From the NCBI RefSeq assembly GCF_963853765.1, contig NC_088854.1, forward strand, positions 29,946,001 through 30,010,000: a stretch of 64,000 nt of DNA, read 5' to 3'. Position 1 is the stretch's first letter, and each line of letters opens with the position of its first letter. The translations under genes were made by a program, and so were the position numbers. Shown piece by piece: positions 46,816 to 62,341 of the stretch. The DNA comes from Magallana gigas (lineage: Eukaryota). A model generated the notes under the pieces. That model did no database searches. It saw only the letters and a program-made list of their open reading frames with translations, and was not told the origin of the DNA.

Positions 46816-49800
46816 TCATCTGAACAAACCATTTTGACATTTTTGAAGCCATGTCTCCATTTAATCACACATTTTAATTGTATATACTTGTTATTGAATA
46901 TGCTTGTTATTTTTATTGAGTGAAAACGTATTAATTTTGCAATAAACATTGACAAAAAGTGAAAATATTTTTCTGGTTGTTCACTACTGGTGACTTGATT
47001 TACACTGAGCAAAACGATTTCATGAAAATTTTAACTTGAATACCTATATATGGTTATAATGATTTTTAAGAATAACAACACAAAATCACTTCAACGCAAA
47101 TTGTATAATCTGTAATTGTTTTGTTAAATATTTCATCAAAATGAGTTTGATTCTTTAATGTTTGAAAAAGAAACCATCAAGAATATTATTTTACCAATAA
47201 TTATACTAAAAATTTGAATTCCTTTGAAATGAATTTGTTTTCAAATTAACACGAATTCTATAGCGAAAACAAAAATGAAAAATGTTTGTTTTTTTAAATT
47301 AAGATATGAGAAAGGATGCATTTAAAACAAATATTTTTTTAGAGTCTAATAACAAATGACATTTGATCATTATTTCTATTGACACACTCAGATAACTAAC
47401 ACAAGCTATAGTTATTTTATTCCACAAAATAACTATAACACAAGGTATAGTTATTTTATTCCACATCAATTTTATCTAACAACGTTATGATAAATTCTTT
47501 TACACATTTCTTTTTGGCTTTTTTGGCCAGTATTGGCCAAGAAATTTCTAAATTAAATGTTAAAACTTTTTTTTAATTCGGCAAGCACGGGGGTTGGAAC
47601 AATTGTCTAAGCCTCAAATGTAAGTGATTATTAAGAAGTAGATACATCTTACTTTATCATTAGTTTAGCTCCAGTCTATCTACACTCCCTAAAATATTTT
47701 GCAATGCTGTAGTTTCAGGATGGTATAGTTTTTTTAATGATTCGAAGGAGACACTTTTTTCTATTGTATCATTCTTAACTTGAACATGTAGTTTTTAGAA
47801 AAAAAAAAAAAAGCGAAATAACAAAATTGGCGACGATTCATATGTATAACGGAAAATGACAAATCAATAGTTTTAGGAAAATAAACACAGAGGTCAAAAT
47901 TTGCTTTAATTGTGAAATGTGGTCAATGAAGTTGAAGAAATTTTAAAGATAACAGTTCTTGAAGTTATGACATGACATGGTTATTTTTGCTAAATTATCC
48001 GTGAAATAAAAGACAAAACAACGTTCACAACATAGTAATTTAGATATGTCACAATAGCGCAACAGTAAAACAAATGATCTTCAGAAGTAAATCAATCGAT
48101 TTTTAATGCTATTACATGTACTAGGATAAATTCCTTCCTTGCTGCTTTCAAAGGGGGGGGGGGGGTGTTCCATAAATGTTTCTTCTTCTAAGATTTTCAT
48201 GTAGGTATAGTAAATGCAATATTGTTGATAAGTAAATGTTTGATAGGAGTAAAACATATTCTGATTCATTTGCGATTAAATTCTAATATGTCTTTCCTTC
48301 ATTCAAGGATGAAAAAAAGTTACAAAAGTTTTACATGTATAATCGTTACTGGTAGTGGATCATTCAAACAAATCCAAGCCAAATCTGTCAAAGGATTTCT
48401 CATGAAGAAGGTTGTGGTTAAAATTTATTTTATTTACAGGCATTACATTTTCAAAGTGTTGCAAAGTAAAATCAAAGAAAACAAATAACAGCAAACAGAT
48501 AATAAATGGTTGTGAACACTGACTCCACATTAACTTAAAAAATTCAATTATTTTATCCTAAAAGAGTAAAAGGTCTAAATAGCTCATCAGCAAAATGCTT
48601 CTTGTCATGCACACTGCCTATTTTGCAATGCATCAGCGACTATTTCCATTTCTTCCTCATAAATCTACATATTTAAGACATTCAGATATCAAGTTTCTAA
48701 AAGATATAATTTTTTCCCAATTAATGATTGTTTAATGGTTATAAATAAAAAAATAAATAAAAACGTCGGAAACGGTCGGTATTTTCGTCACCCCATCTGG
48801 CTTGCACAAAAACTCGTATCATTGAAAGCCTGATGGAATGAACGCCACACGTCCAATGGTTTTGGCACTCCTTCATTCGTCCGATCACCTGATCAGTCGC
48901 GCAATCCTATCACATAATCTAACAACAATCGCTTTCATTGTACAAGAGTTGTAAATAGACGCAAGACATACAACAAGATTTAATACATTTGCATTTTACA
49001 ACGGTCGCTCTAAATCGAACTTAGCACGAATACTTTTTCATATGTGATAACTTTATACAGGAAATATTTTACTCGATTTACTTCCACCCTTTTCGCCCTC
49101 GTTGTCAACCCAGAAATTTAGGTCTGGGCGAATTCCAATGTCTAAAACGTATCTCTCTTTGAATACAGCTTTGTTTCGAAATATTCAGAACAGAGCAAAA
49201 CCGTTTAATTTGCAAGTCGAGGCGAGGAAAAATAACACACGGCGAAAATAAGCCCCATTACAGTATTTTGGCAGCATTTTACGATTGAATACATTGTTAC
49301 TTTTGCTCATACACCAATTGCTAAAGAGTTCTTCATTCAACCCCCACCCCCTCCGAAATGCTAGGTGCCTGAAAGATAAGGAATTTTGACACCTACATTC
49401 CAAGAACGTGAAGGAATCCCATCTTAGCGATAAATATAGCAAAACGTAAAACGTTTAACATGTGTCGATAAACGTGAAAATGTGATTACAGATGCCACAC
49501 GTATATGTATCTCTAATAAAAGTATTAGTTACTTGTAATATCACGGATCCTGAACAGTTTGTTTTTCACAAGAAACACACCGCAATATAATATTAGTATT
49601 TGGCATTATTGTATGCTAGATATGTTATCACATTTAATATCATAATGACGTTTTGATTTGTTATCTTGATACTTTTTCCATGCTTTCCTTATAGAGTAAT
49701 TTAATAAACTTGTTAAATATAGTGTACCTGTGTCCTTTAAAGATCATCTTGATTATTGTTCACATGAAAGAGTAATAATTTTTTTCAGAAAATGTTTCAC

Positions 49801-50666
49801 AATAATCAATGTTTGGTATAAGTTGCAAGATGATTCTTAAATGTACAAAAATATTAACGCATTTCAGTGCAATCATTATCAATTAAAGGACAATTTTTCT
49901 AAATAACACTTATTGGTTCATCTACACCATATCAAAATATCCATACGTTTGAATCGTTGAGAATTTTTGTGTGTAACAAATACAAATGATCCATGTAGTA
50001 GAAAAAGAAGCTTACCTATATATTCCATTTTCATACTTTGACTGAGAGAGAGAGAATGAGAGAAATACCATACTATTGAAAAATTATATCCTCAATCTAT
50101 CTTTTATTGATGTCCATTAACAAGAATTAGTTAATAATTTTTTTTTCAATAAATGATATGATTACCTTTCAAAATAGACAAATCCTATTCAAAAATAATT
50201 GGTCTAAAAAAAAATCTACTGTATGAATTTAGGGCGAAAATGATATCATGAACTCAAGATAGGTGAATGTGTAGTCAATTCTTCTAGAGATAAATGTCCT
50301 CAACTTACGAAAGACCATGCCACCTGAAGAGGTCCTCGGGGGATTTCTGTCAAATTTGAAATTAAAAATCCTCCATATCAAAATAAAATAATTGACAATT
50401 ACATATATAAACATGTCTTTGTTATGAACATGCAATATTCATACTTAAATGTCTGAATTTTGTTATTTGATATGAAATGAAATCAGTTAAGGCCCTATCG
50501 GAACCCATAGGGTGTCCTTAAGAATTATGAAAACATTCATGGACACATTTCAACGACGGGTGCTAAGATGGTTACATAAATTGAAATACTATAACTGTAT
50601 CGAAAATTTACTTGTCTTCACATAACCTTCCTGACAAACCTAAACCATAACTTATAGCCACTAACG

Positions 50667-52705
50667 ATGCTCGCCTTTGTAGCTTTGACCGTGCTTGTGC
50701 AGAGTGTGTTTGGAGGAAACCTGGTAGAGGTTCTACAAAACGATGGGGAGACGACTTTGATAGCTCTTGTAAAACAAGCGGGTCTGGCCGACGCTCTACT
50801 GTCAGGTATGCTGTTTTCAATAATTAATTATATATTAGACGATTTAATGATTGAATTGTTTTGTCTAAGCGGAATTACTAGAAAACTCAAGTGGTGTAAG
50901 TCAAGAGGAGTTTTAATTTTGTTTTTAATTCAAATATTCAAAATAATAAATGATATCAATTCGAGACATGTTTCACCCATTTGCTCTCAAAATGACTGGA
51001 CCTTGCAAATCGTCATTCAAAATAAAACAATATGTAACCACTATTAAGTTTTTCCAAACCACTGCCTTAAAAATAATACATATTCGTGACATTTAACCTA
51101 TTACCAAATAAATGATATAACTCAATTGAAACCAAAAAGTGAATCAAAATCTATGCAAATTTCAAAATCTCATTACATCATTTTATGTCTACATGTAGAC
51201 CCTAAACTAAATCTCTAATAACAGTAAACGCTGACTGAAGATAGAAATGATTTATATTACAAATGATTAAAGTATAGAGGGTTTTTCTAGGTATAATTTC
51301 TCCAAAACAAATAACCAAAAAAAAAAAAAAAATAAGAAAAAAAAGAAAAGACAATCCGATCGGCCTCCTGAATTTGATCTGCAAACAAAATTCATTTTTA
51401 AATTTTTAAATAAATGATCACGATTATATGCATGAAATTCAAGCAACAAACAGATTATTTCACCTGGATTTAAAAGAAACTTTAAGTCCGGATTTAACAA
51501 TGCAATCAATCTCTACTAATGATTACTAATTTTAATTTTCTGTTTACTATCACAGGAGAGTACACCATATTTGCTCCAACAAACGCTGCTTTCTCCAAAC
51601 TTCCCCAGTCCGTGCTTGATGGTCTACAGAGAGATACCACCGCTTTGGCAAATATACTGAAGTACCACGTGGTCAAAGGCTCCATTCACAAGGCCGATGC
51701 ATCCAATGAACTTCAGTTGGAGACTTTGGCTGGAACGAAAATCAGATTTAACATCTATTATCACAATCACGTAAGTGTTTTAAAGTTTTCGTTTTTTGTG
51801 ATACCCAAATCCGTCAAACCTATCTTCTCGCATACAATTGCTCAAACTACAAAGACATTTTTGCTTGTACATGCAGGTTGTTACAGTGGAAGGATCCAAA
51901 ATCACACATTTCGACCTAACCGCCTCTAATGGAATGGTGCACGTGATTGACACTGTGATGATGCCTCCTTCAGGAAGCATTGTGGATTTGGTGGCCGGCA
52001 ACAGCGACTTGAGCACTCTTTTATCTAAGGTCCAGTCAGCTGGATTGGCCGGGGCACTACAAGGTTCATTATTCTGCTTGTTTTATTATTATTTTTTTTC
52101 CAATTTTATTTTTTTGGCATTGTTTAAAAAATGAATATTTAATATTCCCACTATTTTATACAGGAGATGCTTTAACAGTGTTTGCACCAACCAATGCTGC
52201 TTTCAATAGACTTGGTAGTCATGTTTTGGACAACCTTAGAAGAAACCCACAGCTTCTTAAAGGTATGCATTTCTCAATTGATATCTTCTTTATTGATGAT
52301 TACAACTCAAATTTAAAATGCAGGCAAGATCTCTCTTTTTCTCATTAGAAATTCTGGAGTACCACGTCGTTCCTCACACTGAATACTCAGCTGGATTGTA
52401 CAACCGAGAATACCTCAGAACCCTTGATACTCACCATGACGTCATCAGACTTGGAGTCAGCAGTAAGTATTCAAGCTTACGTTATTGTATCAATCACCTT
52501 TATTGTTATTTTAGATATCTGTGCATCGTTAAATTAAATAATACAATAAATTTTCCTTATTCCAGGTAACAATGGTGTTGTTATTAATCATCGTTCTCAT
52601 GTGACACAAGCCGACATCAGCGCCACCAACGGTGTTGTACACATCATAGATCACGTACTTATTCCATCCCGTTATCTTTTCTCTGCGATATTGGGGAAAA
52701 AATAA
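50667..52705 (+). CDS. Two-FAS1-domain secreted protein, array copy D, 297 aa. Exons 50667-50805, 51556-51770, 51877-52063, 52164-52262, 52349-52462, 52566-52705
   Basis: Intact frame. Variants IYYHNH, PPSG, SNNG. Intron-3 donor GTTCAT. Confidence 0.9.
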
Positions 52706-55700
52706 TCATCTGAACAAACCATTTTGACATTTTTGAAGTCATGTCTCCATTTGATCACACATTGTAATTGTATATACTTGTTATTGAATATGCTTGTTAT
52801 TTTTATTGACTGAAAACGTTATAAATCTGCAATAAACATTGACGAAAAAGAAACCATTGTTCTGGTTGTTGACTACTGGTACTGAGATTTACATTGAGCA
52901 AAATGATTTCATGAAACATTTCAACTTAAATACCTATATATGGCTCTAATGGTGTTTAAGAATTATTATAACAACATAAAATCACTTCAGTGCAAATTGT
53001 ATAATCTATTGAATAGTTTTGTTCACTTTTCCATCAAAATGAGTTTGATTTTTAATTGTTTGAGAAAGAAACCACCACGAACATTATTTTACAGATTCTT
53101 ATGCTTAAAATTCCTCTCAATTTAACACGCATTTTGTAGCAAAAAAATGTTAGTTTTAAAATTAAGATATGAAAAAGGTTGTATTTAAAACAAATATATT
53201 TTGTTTAATATTATAACATATGGCATTTGATCATTATCTCTATTGATACACGCAGATAACTAACACAAATTATAGTTATGTTATTTCTTTTACACTTTTC
53301 CTTTCGGCTTTTTGGCCAGTATTGGCTATAACATATCTAAATTAAATGTTACAAGCGCGTCTTTCTAATTCGACAAGTACGCGGATTGGAACTATTGTTT
53401 AAGCTTCAAATGTAACTGATTATCAAAAAGTAGATATATCTTACTTTATCATTTATTTCGTTTAGCTGCAGTCTATTTACTAACCCTAAAAAGATTTTGC
53501 AATGCTTTAGATTCAGGAAGGTTTAAACTGACACGATGTGATTTATAGCTTTATTGTATTAAAAAAGAACATAAATCGAGACAAACCTTAAAAAAATTAT
53601 CATATGGATAACCTTTTTTTTAATCATTTACTTTTTCAACCAAAATCCCCTTAAAAACCATATTTTTTTGTTAGTCTTTTTTAATGATTCGAAAAACACT
53701 CTTTTTTCTATTGTATAAATCTTAACTTGAACATGTAATTTTTAGGAAAAAAAAATAATAACAAAATTGACGACGATTTATATGTATAACTGAAATTGAC
53801 CAATCAATAATTTTACGAAAATAAACACAGACGTCAAAATTAACTTTGATTGTAAAATGTGGTCAATGAAGTTGACAAAATTTCAAAGATAACAGTTCTT
53901 GAAGATATGACAGTGACATCGTTATATTCGCTAAATTATCCGTGAAATAAAAGACAAAACAACGTTCACAACATAGTAATTTAGATATGTCACAATAGCG
54001 CAACAGTAAAACAAATGATCTTCAGAAGTAAATCAATCGATTTTTAATGCTATTACATGTACTAGGATAAATTCCTTCCTTGCTGCTTTCAAAGGGGGGG
54101 GGGTGTTCCATAAATGTTTCTTCTTCTAAGATTTTCATGTAGGTATAGTAAATGCAATATTGTTGATAAGTAAATGTTTGATAGGAGTAAAACATATTCT
54201 GATTCATTTGCGATTAAATTCTAATATGTCTTTCCTTCATTCAAGGATGAAAAAAAGTTACAAAGTTTTACATGTATAATCGTTACTGGTAGTGGATCAT
54301 TCAAACAAATCCAAGCCAAATCTGTCAAAGGATTTCTCATGAAGAAGGTTGTAGTTAAAGTTTATTGTATTTACAGGCATTACATTTTCAAAGTGTTGCA
54401 AAGTAAAATCAAAGAATACAAATAAAAGCAAACAGAAAATAAATGGTTGTGAACACTGACTTCACATTAACTTCGAAAATTCAATTATTTTATCGTAAAA
54501 GAGGAAAAGGTCTGAATATCTCATCAGCAAAATACTTCTTGTCATGCACACTGCCTTTTTCGCAATGCATTAGCGACTATTTCCATTTCTTCCGCATACA
54601 CCTACATACTTATGACATTTTAGATATCAAGTTTCTAAAAGATATATATTTTTTTACAATTTAAGATTGTTTAATGCCTATAAAAAAAAATAAAAACGTC
54701 GGAAACGGTCGGTATAAACGTTACCCCAGCTGACTCACAAAAAAAACCCCTCGTATAATTGAAAGCTTGATGGAATGAACGCCACATGTCCAATGGCTAT
54801 GGCACCCGTTCATTCGTCCGAACACTTGATCACTCGCGCAATCCTATCACCTAATCTAATAACAATCACTTTCAGTGTACAAGAGTTGCACATAGATGCA
54901 AGACATACAGCAAGATTTCAAACATTTGCATCTTACAACGGTCGCGCTCTAAATCGAACAAACTTATCACGAATACTTTTTCATATGTGATTACCGTATA
55001 CAGGAAATATTTTCCTCGATTTCCTTCCGCGCTTTTTGCCCTCGTTGTCAACCATGAAATTTAGGTCTGTGCGAATTTCAATGTCTTTAACGTATCTCCC
55101 TTTCAATACAGCTTTGTTTTGGAATATTCAGAACAGTGCAAAACCGTTTAATTTGCAAGTCAAGACGAGGAAAAATAATACGGAACAAGAATAAGCCCTT
55201 TTATAATATATTGTCAGCATTTTACGATTGAAATCCAAATTTAACGGTCACACAAATACATTCTTATTTTTAATCATGCGCCAATTGCTAAAATCAACCC
55301 CCCCCCTCCCGAAATGCTAGCTATATATATATAGGTATAAGAGATAAGGAATTTTGACCTCTACATTCCAAAAACGTGAAGGAATCCAATCTATGCGATA
55401 AAGCAAAACGTAAAACGTTTAACGTGTGCCGCTAAACGTGAAAATGTTATTACATATGCTACTCGTATCTCTAATGAAAGTATTAGTTACTTGTAATATC
55501 ACGGATCCTGAACAGTTTGTTTTTCACAAAAAACCCACTGTAATATGATAGTTGTATTTGCTAGACATCTTATCACATTTGATATCATAATGACTTTTTG
55601 ATTTGTTATCCTTATATCTTTTCATGCTTTTATTATAGAGTAATTTATTAAACTTGTTAAAAATATTGTACCTGTGTCCTCTAAAGATCATCTTGATTTT

Positions 55701-56004
55701 CTGTTCACATGAAAGATTAATAATTGTTTTAGAAAATGTTTCACAATAATCAATGTTTGGGATAACTTGCAAGATGATTCTTAAATGTTTATTGTTCAAA
55801 AATATTTACGCATTCAGTGCAATCATTATCAATTAAACAACAATTTTTCTAAATCACACTTATTGGTTCATCTACACCATATTATAATTTCCATACGTTT
55901 GAATCATTGATTATTTTAGTGCGTAACAAATACAAATGATCCATGAAGTAGAACAAGAAACTTATTTATATATTTCATTTTCATACATTGACTGAAAGAG
56001 AGAG

Positions 56005-56041
<37 letters not shown>

Positions 56042-56641
56042 CCATACTATTAAAAAATCATATCCTAAGTCTATCTTTTATTGATGTCCATTAACAAGAA
56101 TTAGTTAATGATTTTTTTTCAATTAATGACATGATAACCTTTCAAAATAGACAAATCCTACTTAAAAATAAATGGTCTCAGAAAAAATCTGCTGTATGAA
56201 TTTAGGGCGAAAATGATATCATGAACTCAAGATAGGTGAATGTGTAGTCAATTCTTCTAGAGATAAATGTCCCCAACTTACGAAAGACCATGCCACCTAA
56301 AGAGGTCCTCGGGGGGATTTCTGTCAAATTTGAAATTTAAAAAAACTCGATATTAAATGCATTAATTGACAATTACATAAATAAAACTTGTGTTTGTTAT
56401 AAACATGCAATATTCATACTTAAATGTCTGAATTTTGTTATTTTATATGAAATGAAATCATCTAAGGCTCTATCGGAACCCACAGGGTGTCTTTAAGTAT
56501 TATGAAAACTTCCATGGACACATTTCAACGACGGGTGCTAAAATGGTTACATAAATTGGAATGCTATAAATGTATCGAAAATTTACTTGTCTTCACATAA
56601 CCTTCCTGACAAACCTAAACCACAACTTATAGCCACTAACG

Positions 56642-58412
56642 ATGCTCGCCTTTGTAGCTTTGACCGTGTTTGTGCAGAGTGTGTTTGGAGGAAACCTGGT
56701 AGAGGTTCTACAAAACGATGGGGAGACGACTTTGATAGCTCTTGTTAAACAAGCGGGTCTGGCCGACGCTCTACTGTCAGGTATGCTGATTTCAATAATA
56801 AATTATATATTAGACGATTAAATTATTGAATTGTTTTGTCTAAGCGGAATTACTAGAAAACTCAAGTGGTGTAGGTCAAGAGGAGTTTTAATTTTGTTTT
56901 TAATTCAAATATTCAAAATAATAAATGATATCAATTCGAGACATGTTTCACCCATTTGCTCTCAAAATGACTGGACCTTGCAAATTGTCATTCAAAAATA
57001 AAATAAAACAATATGTAAACACTATTTAAGTTTTTCCAAACCACTGCCTTAAAAACAATACATATTCGTGACATTTAACCTATTACCAAATAAATGATAT
57101 AACTCAAATGAAACCAAAAAAGTGAATCATAATCTATGCAAATTTCAAAATCTCATTACATCATTTTATGACTACATGTAGACCCTAAACTAAGTCCGGA
57201 TTTAACAATGCATTCAATCTCTACTAATGATTACTAATTTTAATTTTCTGTTTACTATCACAGGAGAGTACACCATATTTGCTCCAACAAACGCTGCTTT
57301 CTCCAAACTTCCCCAGTCCGTGCTTGATGGTCTACAGAGAGATACCACCGCTTTGGCAAATATACTGAAATACCACGTGGTCAAAGGCTCCATTCACAAG
57401 GCCGATGCATCCAATGAACTTCAGTTGGAGACTTTGGCTGGAACCAAAATCAGATTTAACATCTATAATCACAATCACGTAAGTGTTTTAAAGTTTTCTT
57501 TTTTGTGATACCCAAATCCGTCAAACCTATCTTCTCGCATACAATCGCTCAAACTACAAAGACATTTTTGCTTGTACATGCAGGTTGTTACAGTGGAAGG
57601 ATCCAAAATCACACATTTCGACCTAACCGCCTCTAATGGAATGGTGCACGTGATTGACACTGTGATGATGCCTCCTTCAGGAAGCATTGTGGATTTGGTG
57701 GCCGGCAACAGCGACTTGAGCACTCTTTTATCTAAGGTCCAGTCAGCTGGATTGGCCGGGGCACTACAAGGTTCATTATTCTGCTTGTTTTATTATTATT
57801 TTTTTTCCAATTTTATTTTTTTAGCATTGTTTAAAAAATGAATATTTAATATTCCCACTATTTTATACAGGAGATGCTTTAACAGTGTTTGCACCAACCA
57901 ATGCTGCTTTCAATAGACTTGGTAGTCATGTTTTGGACAACCTTAGAAGAAACCCACAGCTTCTTAAAGGTATGCATTTCTCAATTGATATCTTCTTTAT
58001 TGATGATTACAACTCAAATTTAAAATGCAGGCAAGATCTCTCTTTTTCTCATTAGAAATTCTGGAGTACCACGTCGTTCCTCACACTGAATACTCAGCTG
58101 GATTGTACAACCGAGAATACCTCAGAACCCTTGATACTCACCATGACGTCATCAGACTTGGAGTCAGCAGTAAGTATTCAAGCTTACGTTATTGTATCAA
58201 TCACCTTTATTGTTATTTTAGATATCTGTGCATCGTTAAATTAAATAATACAATAAATTTTCCATATTCCAGGTACTAATGGTGTTGTTATTAATCATCG
58301 TTCTCATGTGACACAAGCCGACATCAGCGCCACCAACGGTGTTGTACACATCATAGATCACGTACTTATTCCATCCCGTTATCTTTTCTCTGCGATATTG
58401 GGGAAAAAATAA
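56642..58412 (+). CDS. Two-FAS1-domain secreted protein, array copy E, 297 aa. Exons 56642-56780, 57264-57478, 57584-57770, 57871-57969, 58056-58169, 58273-58412
   Basis: Intact frame. Intron 1 shortened to 483 bp. Confidence 0.92.
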
Positions 58413-61400
58413 TCATCTGAACAAACCATTTTGACATTTTTGAAGTCATGTCTCCATTTGATCACACATTGTAATTGTATATACTTGTTATTGAATATGC
58501 TTGTTATTTTTATTGACTGAAAACGTTATAAATCTGCAATAAACATTGACAAAAAAGAAACCATTGTTCTGGTTGTTGACTACTGGTACTGAGATTTACA
58601 TTGAGCAAAATGATTTCATGAAACATTTCAACTTAAATACCTATATATGGCTCTAATGGTGTTTAAGAATTATTATAACAACATAAAATCACTTCAGTGC
58701 AAATTGTATAATCTATTGAATAGTTTTGTTCACTTTTCCATCAAAATGAGTTTGATTTTTAATTGTTTGAAAAAGAAACCACCACGAACATTATTTTACA
58801 GATTCTTATGCTTAAAATTCCTCTCAATTTAACACGCATTTTGTAGCAAAAAAATGTTAGTTTTAAAATTAAGATATGAAAAAGGTTGTATTTAAAACAA
58901 ATATATTTTGTTTAATATTATAACATATGGCATTTGATCATTATCTCTATTGATACACGCAGATAACTAACACAAATTATAGTTATGTTATTTCTTTTAC
59001 ACTTTTCCTTTCGGCTTTTTTGGCCAGTATTGGCTATAACATATCTAAATTAAATGTTACAAGCGCGTCTTTCTAATTCGACAAGGACGCGGGTTGGAAC
59101 TATTGTTTAAGCTTCAAATGTAACTGATTATTAAAAAGTAGATATATCTTACTTTATCATTTATTTCGTTTAGCTGCAGTCTATTTACTAACCCTAAAAA
59201 TATTTTGCAATGCTTTAGTTTCAGGAAGGTTTAAACTGACACGATGTGATTTATAGCTTTATTGTATTAAAAAAGAACATAAATCGAGACAAACCTTAAA
59301 AAAATTATCATATGGATAACCTTTTTTTTCATCATTTACTTTTTCAACCAAAATCCCCTTAAAAACCATATTTTTTTGTTAGTCTTTTTAATTGATTCGA
59401 AAAACACTCTTTTTTCTATTGTATAAAACTTAACTTGAATATGTAATTTTTAGAAGAAAAAAAATAATAACAAAATTGACGACGATTTATATGTATAACT
59501 GAAATTGACCAATCAATAATTTTACGAAAATAAACACAGACGTCAAAATTAACTTTGATTGTAAAATGTGGTCAATAAAGTTGACAAAATTTCAAAGATA
59601 ACAGTTCTTGAAGATATGACAGTGACATCGTTATATTCGCTAAATTATCCGTGAAATAAAAGACAAAACAACGTTGACAACGTAGTAATTTAGAACTATC
59701 ACAGTAGCACAACAGTAAAAAAATGATCTTCAAAAGTAGATAAACCGATTTTCAATGCTATTAGTAGGATAAATTCCTTCCTTGCTGCGTTGAAAGGGGG
59801 GGGGGGGGGGGTTGTTCCATAAATGTTCCGTTGTCTAAGATTAAAATGTAGGTATAGTAAATGCGATGTTGTGGACTAGAAAATGTTTTATAGAAGTAAA
59901 ACGAATACTGATTCATTTGCGTTTAAATTCTAATATGTCTTTCCTTAATTCAAGGATGGAAAAAAGTTACAAAACTTTTACATGTATAATTGTTACTGGT
60001 AGTGCATCATTCAAACAAATCCAAGCCAAATCTGTCAAAGGATTTCTCATGAAGAAGGTTGTAGTTAAAATTTATTGTATTTACAGGCATTACATTTTCA
60101 AAGTGTTGCAAAGTAAAATCAAAGAATACAAATTAAAGCAAACAGAAAATAAATGGTTGTGAACACTGACTTCACATTAACTTCGAAAATTCAATTATTT
60201 TATCGTAAAAGAGGAAAAGGTCTGAATATCTCATCAGCAAAATACTTCTTGTCATGCACACTGCCTTTTTCGCAATGCATTAGCGACTTTTTCCATTTCT
60301 TCCGCATACACCTACATACTTATGACATTTTAGATATCAAGTTTCTAAAAGATATATATTTTTTTACAATTTAAGATTGTTTAATGCTTATAAAAAAAAA
60401 TAAAAACGTCGGAAACGGTCGGTATAAACGTTACCCCAGCTGACTCACACAAAAAAACCCTCGTATAATTGAAAGCTTGATGGAATGAACGCCACATGTC
60501 CAATGGCTATGGCACCCGTTCATTCGTCCGAACACTTGATCACTCGCGCAATCCTATCACCTAATCTAATAACAATCACTTTCAGTGTACAAGAGTTGCA
60601 CATAGATGCAAGACATACAGCAAGATTTCAAACATTTGCATCTTACAACGGTCGCGCTCTAAATCGAACAAACTTATCACGAATACTTTTTCATATGTGA
60701 TTACCGTATACAGGAAATATTTTCCTCGATTTCCTTCCGCGCTTTTTGCCCTCGTTGTCAACCATGAAATTTAGGTCTGTGCGAATTTCAATGTCTTTAA
60801 CGTATCTCCCTTTCAATACAGCTTTGTTTTGGAATATTCAGAACAGTGCAAAACCGTTTAATTTGCAAGTCAAGACGAGGAAAAATAAAACGGAACAAGA
60901 ATAAGCCCTTTTATAATATATTGTCAGCATTTTACGATTGAAATCCAAATTCAACGGTCACACAAATACATTCTTATTTTTAATCATGCGCCAATTGCTA
61001 AAATCAACCCCCCACCCCCCTCCCGAAATGCTAGGTATAAGAGATAAGGAATTTTGACCTCTACATTCCAAAAACATGAAGGAATCCAATCTATGCGATA
61101 AAGCAAAACGTAAAACGTTTAACGTGTGCCGCTAAACGTGAAAATGTTATTACATATGCTACTCGTATCTCTAATGAAAGTATTAGTTACTTGTAATATC
61201 ACGGATCCTGAACAGTTTGTTTTTCACAAAAAACCCACTGTAATATGATAGTTGTATTTGCTAGACATCTTATCACATTTGATATCATAATGACTTTTTG
61301 ATTTGTTATCCTTATATCTTTTCATGCTTTTATTATAGAGTAATTTATTAAACTTGTTAAAAATATTGTACCTGTGTCCTCTAAAGATCATCTTGATTTT

Positions 61401-62341
61401 CTGTTCACATGAAAGATTAATAATTGTTTTAGAAAATGTTTCACAATAATCAATGTTTGGGATAACTTGCAAGATGATTCTTAAATGTTTATTGTTCAAA
61501 AATATTTACGCATTCAGTGCAATCATTATCAATTAAACAACAATTTTTCTAAATCACACTTATTGGTTCATCTACACCATATTATAATTTCCATACGTTT
61601 GAATCATTGATTATTTTAGTGCGTAACAAATACAAATGATCCATGAAGTAGAACAAGAAACTTATTTATATATTTCATTTTCATACATTGACTGAAAGAG
61701 AGAGAAAATGAGAGAGAGAGAGAGAGAGAGAAAGAAAAATACCATACTATTAAAAAATCATATCCTAAGTCTATCTTTTATTGATGTCCATTAACAAGAA
61801 TTAGTTAATGATTTTTTTTCAATTAATGACATGATAACCTTTCAAAATAGACAAATCCTACTTAAAAATAAATGGTCTCAGAAAAAATCTGCTGTATGAA
61901 TTTAGGGCGAAAATGATATCATGAACTCAAGATAGGTGAATGTGTAGTCAATTCTTCTAGAGATAAATGTCCCCAACTTACGAAAGACCATGCCACCTAA
62001 AGAGGTCCTCGGGGGGATTTCTGTCAAATTTGAAATTTAAAAAAACTCGATATTAAATGCTTTAATTGACAATTACATAAATAAAACTTGTGTTTGTTAT
62101 AAACATGCAATATTCATACTTAAATGTCTGAATTTTGTTATTTTATATGAAATGAAATCATCTAAGGCTCTATCGGAACCCACAGGGTGTCTTTAAGTAT
62201 TATGAAAACTTCCATGGACACATTTCAACGACGGGTGCTAAAATGGTTACATAAATTGGAATGCTATAAATGTATCGAAAATTTACTTGTCTTCACATAA
62301 CCTTCCTGACAAACCTAAACCACAACTTATAGCCACTAACG

